Assembly (NCBI GenBank): GCA_000165425.1
Contig: CT868044.1
Location: 1-64,000, forward strand
Direction: 5' to 3'
Length of the DNA: 64,000 nucleotides
Source of the DNA: Paramecium tetraurelia
Lineage: Eukaryota
Made by a program: the position numbers and the translations under genes. Below the pieces are notes generated by a model. The model made no database searches and was not told where the DNA came from. It saw only the letters and a program-made list of their open reading frames with translations. Positions 1 through 13,508 of the stretch are shown here, piece after piece; positions within the stretch are counted from its first letter, which is position 1; the number at the start of each line of letters is the position of its first letter.

Positions 1-2559
1 TTAGCAAATCTAAACAACATTGGATGTATAATTTTATTTAATTTACAATCCCATTTATTTGCCAGTATTAAATAATTTTATAACGATAAACGTTTTCTTT
101 ATAACAGTTAATTGACTGGGGAGTAGACAAAGGTAGAGGAAGTATTAAGACTCAACCTTGAAGACGCTCAAACGCTTTCACATGTCTGAGATCTTTTATA
201 ATCTAAATCTCTGTTGATTGCGCGCTGTTTCTAAGTAAAAGGTTATCGTAAGAAGAGGAATTTCACATTCTATATAGACTTAATGCTAGGTTAAATAAAG
301 AAGGGAGGTTTAATAATTTTTCAAAGATCAACCTAAAGATACGAGAAATTAAAAAAGAACTCAAATTCATACTGAGGATATTACTTCTGAATAAGAAAAG
401 AATTAATTCTCAATTAATAATTAATCATTCCTATTTAAAACTTGCTCTTATGTCTTTGTAATACTATAAGACTTCTTCAGAGATTGATTAAATTCAATTC
501 GATTCACAAATGAAACACATTCTGGATGCAAAATTTTCTAATTGGAACCCTTGGTCTTCTCTTTTGGTCTCATTGGATTCCAGGTACTCCTTTTGGTACC
601 TATTAACTAAATTTATGAAAACCCCATTATTTCCGCAATATTTATATTATTCGAAGAATTGTAAAAAGGTATTCTTGAAAAATACTCATCCTTGAATGGG
701 AAAATAGACTGTATGAGAAATCTGTCTATCTAAATGGATCGAAACTGGTAATAAGTCCATAAAAAGTAAGTGAGCATAATGATTATTTATAATCGCAAAT
801 AGTTTTCATCTACAATTTCCATTTTAATGATGTTTGGCTTTTAAAGTTCATCATAAATTAATTACCAAGATTTGAAAGAGGTTAGATTATGTAATATAGT
901 ATCTCTCATTTGAATAGAGACTATTCTAAATTTAGACTTAAATAATGAATATAAGTGTGCCTTCGAGTTATATTATCTTTAAAGCATATATATAAAATAA
1001 ATCATTGTAAACTCTTGCTTAAAATAAGCACTTAATGATATACTTTATCCTTATGCTTCTTGAGAAACAAGATAATTTAAAACTCTTTGAATATAATTGA
1101 TAGATTTGGTTTATGGGACAATTTAAAATTTCTCTTTTGATTATAATTAGAAAAGGAAATATCCTCATATAAATTACATATTAGATAATAGGAAATGATA
1201 TCACAAGAAATAGTGTAATAATTTTTTAAATGAATGTTCACTTTTTAAAGATTTATTCTAATATATATTTGATTATAAAGAAACGGAAAATTAAAATCAA
1301 AGGTAGAGATAAAGAAATAACTTAGTAATAGAATTTACTTTAATTGAAAATTATTGTTTAGAGGAAAAATTCTAAATTTATTATGAAATTGATTCTAAGT
1401 TATACCTTCAATATACTAGTTCAATTTGAACACATAGATAATCCACATAATAATTTAATAATGGTTACAAAATGTATGATATAAAATTAAGTTTCTTATC
1501 TCGATATTATTAAATCTTGCAATTTATGGGTTTTTCTATAAATCTTATATTCTAAAAATTTTCACTTTAATGTTATAATTAAATGATAAAAATTGCTGCT
1601 AATTCAGATAAATATGGACGTTTCTTGGAAGATTTGCTTTACCATCTGAAAAAATTAACAAAGGATGGGATTCGAAAATAGCAAATGCAATTACTTCAAT
1701 TTAAATCTATATATGATTGGAGATTCAAGAAAAGGAATATTAGCAGCTTCATGAGAGATACCAAAATCTTTGAGTATGGATTACGCTAAATATGACTTGT
1801 TCTATTACGAACATATAACTAAATAAACTATTCCTATTTCTTTCAGTTCTACTTATTTGCTTAGATTAATTTATACATCAAATATTAGGTGAAATATATG
1901 GAAGAAAGTAATGCTAGCGTCATAACAATCTATATTCCATTTTTTCTTAAACTTTAACTCTACATTATAAAGTTTATATATAACACCTTCTGTCTTTATG
2001 CTGATAATTATAACTAATTTATAAAATTCAGACGCTTTTTAATGAAAATTCCTTCAAAAAGTACACTAACTCTACCTTCTTGTAAATTGAGATCTGTAGT
2101 CGAAATCTCTCACTAGTTGTTTGAGTGTTTTATGTTGAATACACTCTTAATTTTCTGTTTGGCTCCAATATTTGCTTTTATAATTATTACTAGTTCATAA
2201 TATCTTATCCTTAACGATCCACTTTCTATTATTGTATTCTCATCAATTTATAACAGCCGGATTTGAGTACTACTATTTTTCTCCGCTTGAATCCAACAAA
2301 TATTTATGTAAATATTCATCATATATAAGAAGGCTTCTCGAATAAAGTTCGTTTTATCATAATGGAAATTCTAATTTCATGAATCTAATTATAATACTTA
2401 CAGTCATAATTTGGGAATTATAACCTAAAAAATGCTGATCTTTAAGAGTACAAAATATCGGAATTTATACCAGCATAATAGAATATAAATTAGCAAAAAC
2501 TAATTAAATGTCTTCATTACAGGCTTAAACAACCTATTTATAGTTAAGAAAAAAGATTA

Positions 2560-3810
2560 AGATTTTCGAGCCAAAATCATTATTGAAATAATGATGATGA
2601 GTGTTATGAGGGTTAACATTAGATTAACTAAGTATTCATTTTAGATTGTCTGCTTTCTAAAATTAACAATTCTAAATTTGAAATATCTATGCCAATACTT
2701 GATTAATTCAATTTTATTGGTTAATCCAACTTTTAATCAAATATTCTTTATAATTTAAAACATTATTCAATCCAACAATCAAAGACTAAATTCAAATTTA
2801 ATCATAATCAGATTAACACCATTCAAATCAATCATGATAATCATAAATAACTTCAATTAAATCTGCATGTTCTTAATTTGATTCAAAAATATTTACTTAT
2901 TAAGTAATTAAGAAGATTAGAATTGTTATGCAATTGCAATTTATGAAGATAGTTCAATTGTAGCAGTTTTGTTATAACCAAATAAAAATTTATGAATTCA
3001 AATAAGGGATGATGAAATAAGTTCAAATCTTAAATAAACACGATAATTATGTATTCAATTTGAATTTCATGAAAAAGTCAAATTAGTTAATACCCGGAGA
3101 TAATGGTGGATCAATTGTAATTTTGTCAAGCTATAACAAGAATTAATGGGATTCCTTATTAATAATTAAAGGAAATAGTGTGTATATCAATTGTTCAATT
3201 TTGAATAATAATTAAGATCTTTTATCTCTAGTGGCTAGGATAACACAATTAAGCTTTGGATTAAAAAAAATGAATGGACTTGTTAATAACCAATCACTGA
3301 TCATACTAGTTATGTTTTTTAACTAAATTTAAATAAATAACAAGAAAAAGTTATTTCTTGTAGACAAAATAATACATTATTAGTAAATGAGAAGTAAAAT
3401 AAAAGGTGGATAGTCATATACATTATAAAAGTTGATTAATAAGGATATCGATTATGTTTTATGAACAATGATTAATTCACATTTCAACCAAGATATGGCA
3501 AGTTGATGCATGTTTAAGAGATGAATAGTGTGAGTAAATAGTTCACTATAATAAAACAAATTATTATGAATTAAGGTCCTGATTCTTGGCAATTATTTTT
3601 ATAATAATTTATTAAAGAAAAATAGATATTAGATAATAGTGAATAAACAATATCAAAGTATCTTTCTATTAAGAAAGACAGAAAATAATTAAATTCAAGT
3701 TGAGTAATCTATTTAATTTATTCGGGTAGTTGAGTAATGATGGAGAATATTTAATTACTTGGGATGATTCATCTAAAGAAATATAAACTAGAAAATATCA
3801 ACAACAATGA
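2560..3810 (+). pseudogene. Degenerate WD40-repeat gene of the expanded Paramecium family
   Basis: Table-6 segments read CYAIAIYEDSSIVAV, QIKIYEFKQGMMKQVQIL, DNTIKLWIKKNEWTCQQPITDHTSYV and GQLSNDGEYLITWDDSSKEIQTRKYQQQ*(TGA 3808-3810). Joining them needs several frameshifts (about 2975, 3635 and 3720). The 5' end is approximate. Confidence 0.75.
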
Positions 3811-4107
3811 GAATTATTCATATAATAAAAATAAATAGCAGTAAATTTTATTTTGTTAATCAATGCTTTATAAAATGTTAATCTGATATTTTGAATTATT
3901 CCAGTTATTTTGTAAATATGACCATTTATTCAATTTTTTCATTTTCTTAAAGTTTTAAATTTATCAGTGATAATTGTTGTAGACTTGCATGATTCTATTT
4001 TTAATATCAACTAGTTGATTTGATAATGGATTGTTTGATTAATTTATTATTATTGATACAGCAAACGGCTTAAATTCCAGTTAGATTAATTCTTCTAATT
4101 CTAACTA

Positions 4108-4568
4108 NNNNNNNNNNNNNNNNNNNNNNNNNNNNNNNNNNNNNNNNNNNNNNNNNNNNNNNNNNNNNNNNNNNNNNNNNNNNNNNNNNNNNNNNNNNNN
4201 NNNNNNNNNNNNNNNNNNNNNNNNNNNNNNNNNNNNNNNNNNNNNNNNNNNNNNNNNNNNNNNNNNNNNNNNNNNNNNNNNNNNNNNNNNNNNNNNNNNN
4301 NNNNNNNNNNNNNNNNNNNNNNNNNNNNNNNNNNNNNNNNNNNNNNNNNNNNNNNNNNNNNNNNNNNNNNNNNNNNNNNNNNNNNNNNNNNNNNNNNNNN
4401 NNNNNNNNNNNNNNNNNNNNNNNNNNNNNNNNNNNNNNNNNNNNNNNNNNNNNNNNNNNNNNNNNNNNNNNNNNNNNNNNNNNNNNNNNNNNNNNNNNNN
4501 NNNNNNNNNNNNNNNNNNNNNNNNNNNNNNNNNNNNNNNNNNNNNNNNNNNNNNNNNNNNNNNNNNNN
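4108..4568. other. Assembly gap (N run)
   Basis: Run of N bases. Confidence 1.
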
Positions 4569-4699
4569 AACATTTGACAGAAGAAAAAGAAATGATTAAG
4601 ATGAAAGGAGTTATATCCAATATTGAATAAGTTAAATAAGAAGAGAGGTAATAAGGTAATTTAAAGCATATCTAGAAAGATTATAATTTAAAATACTTA

Positions 4700-4981
4700 A
4701 TGAAATGGATTATAAAAAAAATTTATTTCGTACTAAACAGATAGTTACTGACATTAAACATAATTGATACAGCCAGCCGCAAGGATATACAGGCTTACAT
4801 TCTAACCTTCTAATCAATATTCATGAGGTTAGAAAGATATAAAGAATACTATTCTCAATTAACGTTATTTAATTGCGAAATATAAGTTGACTGGGTAAGA
4901 GGCGTTCGAGAACAATTTGGACTTGACAATGATAATTTTAATATTGGGAACATATTGTAGAGTCTACACTCTCAAAGTTGA
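4700..4981 (+). pseudogene. Possible decayed Ras-superfamily small GTPase fragment
   Basis: Reads IIKKIYFVLNRQLLTLNIIDTASRKDIQAY...VDWVRGVREQFGLDNDNFNIGNI. This resembles the DTAG (G3) and GNK (G4) contexts, but both motifs are degenerate and no P-loop is visible. Confidence 0.25.
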
Positions 4982-7299
4982 ATCATAAAGACCATAAGGG
5001 TTATATGATTTAGGAGATGTTATTAACTATTAGAGTCGAGATTAGTTTAACAAATATTGACTGAAATAAATTGATTCAATTTAAAAAATAGTAAATTTAT
5101 AAATTAGAAATATAATTGATTGGATTAGTCAATTACCCTTAACATCTGAAGTCTTTGGAGACGAATACACATGAAGGGAATACTTTAAAAAAAATCTTCC
5201 TTTAGACAATTTTTTTTTTTTTTTATTTTTTTAATTAATACTGTCAATCAGAAGTCATTTAAAAAATACTGACCTAAATATTTAACAATCCCCCTTTAAG
5301 GAGATTGAAGTAAAATTTGTATTGAAATAACTGATAGAATGATCCAAATATCAAAGGTGCTTCTACTCCTAAGTAATCTACATTTTAAAAGATACATATA
5401 TGTAATCTTAATTTAATACTGGTTATTCAAACTACTTTAGGTCTTATAATTCCTAATATCACTCGAGAAATTAAGCAATAGAAGATTAAGGCATCGAAGG
5501 TTGTTTGATTAAATTACAAACACTCATAAGTCTATAAATGATGACATTACATAAGTGAAGCTTAGGTAGGCTTAACTTTAAAATATAAAGGTATTAGACA
5601 GGTTTTTTCCTCAATCGTACTACTGTAAGTAATTGATATAGGCGGTTAGTCTACCTATATTATCAAAAGTGTCATAGAATTTTCCATTTCGAAATGGTTC
5701 AATCCGTTTCTCACCCATCTATTTAGAGTTTTCTTATGGGAAGGACGAAGATATTATTGCTGTTATTAATCAGGTAAACTTATTTTCTTAATGTAGATAA
5801 TGAGTAAAATTGAAAAATTGTTTTAAAATTATCCTTCAATTTATCATTTTGTTGTTTTCCTCCTCATATGTTATAATTTATGTGGTTTTAATGATTCCTA
5901 CTTTATTGTATGGTCCTTTAATCTGACATCATAATAGCAAAATAGATTTAATGAGGAAAATATTAATTAATGTTGAATAATTTAGATAAGAAAAATAAAT
6001 TACAAGCAAAAATTCAATTTACTTTGGTAAATTAAAGAAGTTCTTAGGCTTAAATTTATTTACCAATATTGAATTTAAAGAAAAATAACTTTTTAAATTA
6101 AATTAATTATTATAAATTCTTGATGATGTCTTAATTGGAGCATTCTGGGAGTGTCTACCCTGGGCCCAATCGGATTGTTTAATTAAAGGAAGAGTCTTAG
6201 AATGAGTGCAATGACATCTAGAGAAATCAAGAAATGGTAAAGGGAAAGAAAGTAAGGTTTAAAGTCTAATGAACCCCTACAGACCCGGCTGAGCCTAGTT
6301 GCTCGGAGGAGGATGTTGAATTGAATTATTTTGAATAATTTTTTTATCAAGAAATTATTTATTAAGAACATATAGAATTAAAAAATATTTAATACTGTAA
6401 GCATCGCTCTTAAGATTGGCTAAAATTCATCAAAAAATGAAGACTTAACAATTAGTTGATTTTGTATTTGAAAATTAAATTATTAATTAATTTTTGCAAT
6501 ATTATTATAACGTTTAGTTAAAATTATGATTCTCAACATTTAAAATTATATGTTGTAATGTTGTCAAAATTATACAGTTGACAGGAGATAATTTAGAAAT
6601 AACAACAAATTTCAAAGCAATTTAGAAAAATACTTTTGCAATCTTAGCATTTATTTTAAACAAATGCTAAAATGTACCCAATTTGACCAAATGCATAAAT
6701 AATTGATCAGCATTTCTTGATTTATTAGGTTAAGCCTAATTAGCTTATAATGGAAGTAATAGTGTTGATGAGATTTTAGGCGATCACCATTAATATTTTG
6801 CTCATATCTCCAGAGTTTTATGGTTGTACTTGATAATATTAAATTATAAAACAAATCAATCAAAAAAGTTCAGGTACTTTTTAATTAGAGCTCATTTTGA
6901 GTTGTTTATAAAAAGATTTGTAAAAAAAATATCATATTGTTATATGAACTATCTATAGTAGATATTTTAACTGGGCATAGCCATTTATAAGTAAGATTGG
7001 AAAACTCATGTAATATAATTTTAATAATTTGGATATGAATGCTTGTTTTAGCAAGTCCAACCATATGTAAATTTAATGTTTGCCAATTGTACCATCCTTA
7101 AATAGATGATTAGTCAACAGCTTCTCCTAAAGTACATGATGATTAAACCTCAGTAGGTTTTATTTGAAGACGAATTAATATAAACTAAATTAATAAGTTA
7201 GGTTAAATATAATCTTTAGGGTATATTGAAATAAAAGAAAAAAATTTGATCTATAAGCTTTGTTTAAAAAAATAAAAAAATGATCTCATCCTATTTTAG

Positions 7300-10200
7300 T
7301 CAAAGTTGATATGTCTAAAAACATTATATAGATGATTGGTGTTTTGATATTTCCTTCTTCATCCTTGATTTTATAAATGAAATTATAGTATTAATAATCT
7401 ATTTAAGAAATTTAATAATAGAGCCAAATAATCCAACAAGAAGCAACCCGATTTATGCAAATCCTATTAATATTTTTGTATTAGAGGTAAAGTAGTTTGA
7501 GAAGTCAGAGCAAAATGAAATGTTCATAAAAGTAAACGCCATTATTGGTGCTTCATTCATTACGAGCATCAACAATTCAAACTTTGATCTAATAAATTAA
7601 AACCAACTTATAATGCAAATAAAAAATAATTGACAAAAGAACAATAATAGACTTTAAATCAATGGTTAAGTTTGCATGTAAATCAAACAAAGCAAAAATA
7701 TGAATTTCTTCAATAAAATAATGGATTCAAATTGCTACTTTTTGACATTTTTTAGTGTTTTACTTCTTCTAAAAGGTTATATGAGTGATATAGCAAGTGA
7801 AGTTAAAAAGGTAATACAGATACTAGTTGAGATCACTTATCGATTATCCTTTAACGTATTTGAATGTAGATAAAGAAGAACTTTAAAAATTAAGTCCCAA
7901 CTATTTGTGTGAAATAAAAGGCTCGCTTCAGAGCTTAATGTCTTTGATTATATCTAACTTATCTATCTGTGTAAATGATACAATTTGATTGCCATATAAT
8001 TTGATATTTTTGATCTACACTATTTAACCTTAGGATAAAGAAGAGGGGAGAAGAAATTTTCCTTCACAACTAATTTGTTAGCATAAATGNNNNNNNNNNN
8101 NNNNNNNNNNNNNNNNNNNNNNNNNNNNNNNNNNNNNNNNNNNNNNNNNNNNNNNNNNNNNNNNNNNNNNNNNNNNNNNNNNNNNNNNNNNNNNNNNNNN
8201 NNNNNNNNNNNNNNNNNNNNNNNNNNNNNNNNNNNNNNNAGGAAATCAACGTTATGTACTAAGGTTAGCTTGTTTTACAAAACATCCAGAATCTCTTAAA
8301 ACTGTAAAGACTATCCAGATACTGAAAGGATGCTCCAACACTACCCATTCCAATCATCATGTTCTGTCCAAATACCTACATTTTAGCTGTAGCCTCCATT
8401 TATTTTAAATTCATAACCTAAGGTATCATAAGTGAGATCTCAGAATTACCAGGAGGAACTAGAATTTAGTTCTCATCCAAGAATTATGCATCTATAGAAA
8501 CAGTTAACTTTGGTCTACTTTGTATCTTCTCAAGAAAAGTGATTTTTATGATATAATTAATATCTCTTGCGGATTCAAGGATGATTGGGATTACTGGTTC
8601 AATATTGATATTGTACTGATTTTGCTTTATATTTTCAATATCGAAAGACATTTAATCTAAGAAAAATTAATTAAATTCATTAAGTTTGACTTTTTTTGTA
8701 TACGTTAAACTGATGTGTTAAGTATCAAATGATTAATTCAAGAATTTAAGAGATAGCTCCGCAAATTAATAGCATTGACTAAATTGAAGAATTGAAAGAT
8801 TGCAATCCCAACCTTATTCAATCATGCATTAATTTGAACATCCATCATTATTGAAAGTATTTCCATCATCACAAAACTCATCATCTGATTTATACCCATT
8901 ACCACATTTAATGCATTAACCATCTTCAAGGGTCGAATATTTCTCGCATTCCTAACAGATATCTTCCTAACAAAGTAAACAACCTTAATTGCAACTATTA
9001 TCAACCTATGGTGTAGTTGGTTTTGGATCATTTGAAGTAGGCTCATCTTATTAATTGTTGTTATCTATGCACGTTCTATCAACACAAATTTGGCAATCAA
9101 ATTTACATTGGAACTAACAATAATCACAACCATCAGATGATATTTGATTTCCATCATCGCATTCCTCTAACTCTTAAACTATAAATAAATCTCCACAAAT
9201 TGGTTTGCATTGGTTCTCTACCCATTCAAAATGTTCTTCACAATTTAAACACTCCTTTTGATTGATGCAATATTGACAATAAGGCATACATTAAAAAAAA
9301 CATTGATAGCATCCATCTCCATCTATTAAATTCGTATCATCACATTGTTCTTATGATAAAGCTGCAATTAATCCATCTCCACATACTTATTAGCAAGTTC
9401 CATTAACTAATTACCATCCTTCAAGACAAACTTAACATATTCCATTTAAACAACTCAAACACTCCAATTAACAGCTGAATTGGCATTTAAAACATCCATT
9501 TACTTATTAATAGTTCTAATTCTAACAAATTTCATAATTCACAACCATTCCATCAGTACATAAAGGAATACATGCTCTACCATTCACGTTGAGTTTATAT
9601 CCAATTTCACATTCTAAACAAACACTAGAAACTTTATTCTTACAATTATCAATGTAATCTAGATTAGGATAGTTATTTTCGTAATTTTAATAATATTTAA
9701 AGTTAAATTAAATTCGATTAAATTTCTACTTTTTGAAATAATTCTATGTTTCTTAGATAACCTTTAAGTAAAATATTTCCACAAAATATTCTTGCTATTA
9801 TTCATCATCATTCTTTTCAAAAACATTAATGCATAATTAATTCTGTAAAATGTAGTTTGGTTTACACTATAAGCATGTTCCAAAATCACAAACATGACAA
9901 TTATGTGAGCAAGTATGTTTATTCTCTTTTTCAAGATAGAATGGAATCCCAATTGAGTAATAATTCGAAAACCTTTATGTTTGACATATTGGGAGTTTGT
10001 ATTATTCCCTTTTTTAAGGATTAGAAACAAAGTTATAGGGTAGGCATTCGTTTTATGATTTTTATAATGAATAATAATTCATCCTTTAAAGACATTTACC
10101 AAATTTGCATAACTCACAATCCAAAGGACAAGAAAATTTGCAATTATAGCATCCATCATATGGATTTTAGTTTCCATCATCACATTCCTCTTATGAATTT

Positions 10201-11454
10201 ATAATATTATCACCACAATAAGGAATACAGCTCTTGCTGATTTCTATATATTGCCATCCATCTAAACAGTGCATACAAATCCCTTTTACGCAATTTTTAC
10301 AACCCTGAACACAATCAAAATTGAAAGAAAAACATCCATCAAAAGGGTTTAAATTATGATCAATACAAACATAGTTTGGATGAATAAAAAGCTAAAAATC
10401 TCTAATTCCAAACCAAGGTGCCCAAGCTGTGTAAACACTAGTCATTGTAGTTAATACCGTAATTTTAATAACAGGCTTAGTGTGAATATACTAAGTAATA
10501 CTAACATGCTTTATTGTCATGTAATACCAAAACCCATCATAGTTCACGTTGCTATTACTATAACTTATCCATCCCTAAGTGTAAATCTCTTGTTGTACAA
10601 GAATATCATCTATTTTAATAGATATTGTGGTTGAGCCTGAATTAAAAATCATCACTTTTAAATTTAAACTAACGGCCCAATGATCTTTTAATTAAATTTC
10701 TTTTTCAAGATTATATCCCGAAGATTTGTGATAAAAAATGTCTATTTTTTTATTTATTCATTTACCATGACAATTATCAATAGCTGCTTAAATTGTACCA
10801 CTAAACATCCATCCTTCAGAATTAATAGCAGAAATCATAATTGAGGTGAAAGATTGCATGAATAGTACTGAATTATGGCATTTCATAATGTCACAAGAAT
10901 GGCATCCACTAGGGCATTCTTCGATGAACAATTAAAATTCAGAAATTCCCATTTTACCAGATTAAGCAAAAATTACGATTTGTATTGATGGTCGATTATG
11001 TAGGACACTTAATGACATAGTAGTAACCTCGTCGTTTTGGGAACCCTAGCAAATGTTTATTGCGCTGGATGAACAAGAGTATTAATCATTGATTATGATT
11101 TCATTATCAAAATATATCAGCAGTTAATTATTTATCCAATTGTCAAGCCTAAAATTAATCATCAATATATTACATCCATAATTAAAATTAAACTGTGACT
11201 TGATAATGAACCTCAAGCTTAAAGGATTTATGAAGTAACAGATTATACTAAGTGCTTTAGTTGTCTAAAAATAAAATGTTTTTAGATCCACAAAGTACTA
11301 CATTCTTTTAATGATTTACATCTTTAGACAATATCGACCAACCTATATAACTCTATTTAGTATTACCATTATTTGTATAAGTAAAACTATCAAAAAAGTT
11401 TTTATAAATGAGACTTGTTGGACTTATGCACTTCAGAAGAATAAATATTATCAT
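7300..11454 (-). CDS. Cys-rich surface membrane protein with Myxococcus-type (DUF4215-like) CGDG/ECDDGN repeats and a C-terminal multi-pass TM region; spans the gap at 8090-8239
   Basis: Starts MIIFILLKCISP (signal-like). Repeats include CGDNIINSQEECDDGNQNPYDGCYNC and CGDLFIVQELEECDDGNQISSDGCDYC. Hydrophobic helices at 7400-8000 end ...SSIQCFQTYQL*(TGA 7300-7302). Several tiny introns near the 5' end. Confidence 0.8.
8090..8239. other. Assembly gap (N run) inside the Cys-rich gene
   Basis: Run of N bases. Confidence 1.
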
Positions 11455-13508
11455 TAATTGAAAATTCAGCACTCCCCTTGTGTAACTTATTTTATAATCG
11501 TGAGCATTTTCCTAAATAAAAATACAATTTTTCATTCCAGAATGATTTATATACTAATTTCTATTAATTAAATAAAAATAGTTTAGTAGAATGCTTTGAT
11601 TAATATCTTCAATAGAACTTTGCAGTACCACTCTAGATTCTGTCTTTGGATTTTAGTTAATAGAGAATATTGCTTCACAAAATCAACGAAAAATGATCTT
11701 TTATTTGTGAAATACTCAGTTTATTTATATTTGAAATGATCTATCAGCAGATAAAGATGATTAGCTATATATTTTTGGTTTAAAACTCTCTGAAAATGGA
11801 GAGTAAAACATGGATACTATAAATCATAAATAGAAACTCTTGGAAATGTCTTCTCATACTATTCATCTACCTTGGTTATAAATAATTATAAATAATTTGG
11901 GAAATTTGGAGATTATTAAAAAAATTGAGAATGGAAAAACTTAAAACATAAATCAAATTATCGATTCACTTTTTAGAAATTTCTCATCATTAATCAATTG
12001 CTAAAATTCTAAAAAGCACTATTTAAAATCTATCAATATTTTTCTGAGAATCCCTTCTAAATCAAAATTCGATACTCTAATAACATAGCATAAATTTGCT
12101 AACCTATTTATTTTCGCTAATAAATTTAAATTTATTTTTTAATCATAATCAATTTGCAACTTAAAAATTGTTTATTAAAATATTCTCTAAAATTTTTATA
12201 TCAAATATGCATTACAAAATATTTCGACTATTAAAATATCAATTGATAATGAAATATTCACTAACATAATGGATTACTAATAGAATTTGACTGGAAGGAA
12301 ATGCAAAAAGCATATATTCAAGGAAATTTAAAATATGTATTATTATTTTTAATATTGTGAGCTTATCGATCTAAGATAAAAAGAGAATAAATATTATGAT
12401 TATGATAATGAAACATGTAAATTTGTAATACTTAATTAAATGGTTGTGGAGAATCAAAAGATTAAATATCTATCAAAAATTAAAACGACTGAAGAAAGGT
12501 TTTACTGTTGCAATACTTAGAAGAGAAAAATTTTTCTCCAATTAAAATTTGCATTTGAAAGATAACAAGTTTTTATTCCAATTGAATATATCTTATTATG
12601 ATAGTTCTATAAAAATTACATTCCCTAATTCTTTTTTAAAATTTGTTTCGAAATTAATTAATTCATTTAGAAATGGGTTTGGAAATTATATTTTTAATTT
12701 AAGATAAGGTCATTTCCTATATTATCTTCATATATTTAGAACTCTAATACAATAAAATGTTGATAATTTATAATATTATTTCAAGTACTTTAATAGAATA
12801 GCTAATGTGTTATAAGCATAAGGTAATATAAGCTTACTCTTATCAATCTATTACTGATTTGCTTTTTTATTCTGTAGCTAATATATATAAAATGAAAATA
12901 ATAATTATCAACTTTCCAATAATTTCATTCGATTTCTAAGAGAGTTTACATATCTCATATTTAAATACAGAAATAATAAAAGAATGAAACAATAAGAATA
13001 TTTTTAAGATCCTTGATTTGTTTCGAACTTTTCATATTGATCTTAATTTAATTATTCAAATTGAGAAAATATTCGTTATTAGAAATGCAAAAACTATTTC
13101 AAACACATATTATTTCACTCATAAATTCAAAAGTTTGAATTTCAACTCACCGCTTTTATTATGAGACAAGGTTGGAACACATATTTATTATTACCTTCAA
13201 TGACAGAATATAAATACTTTTTATTATCTTAACGTTTCTTTACAATAATTAGTTATCGCAGCTTCATGAAATTTCTTTCTATCCTATGCTTCTTTTACCT
13301 CCATTAATCTATCTTTATCACTTAATTTCCATATTAAGCCTGATTTTGGTTTTACTGTTTTTAGGATTAAAATAAAGAATGCGAGCATCTTTTCTTTGTA
13401 TCTTTCATAATAAGCAAATATAATATCATTAAGATAGGGAAAACAAAATTTAAGGCATATAAGGAGTATCAAAATCTACAAAATTCTCGCTTAAGCATAG
13501 TCATTTTA

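Noticed and set aside
5580..5625. KGIRQV as a non-LTR reverse transcriptase GxRQG motif
   Set aside because: It is an isolated partial match. I saw no YADD-type or other RT motif nearby.
8240..8345. Frameshifts suggesting the Cys-rich gene is a pseudogene
   Set aside because: Several single-base deletions cluster within about 100 nt of an N gap, which is typical of low-quality contig ends.
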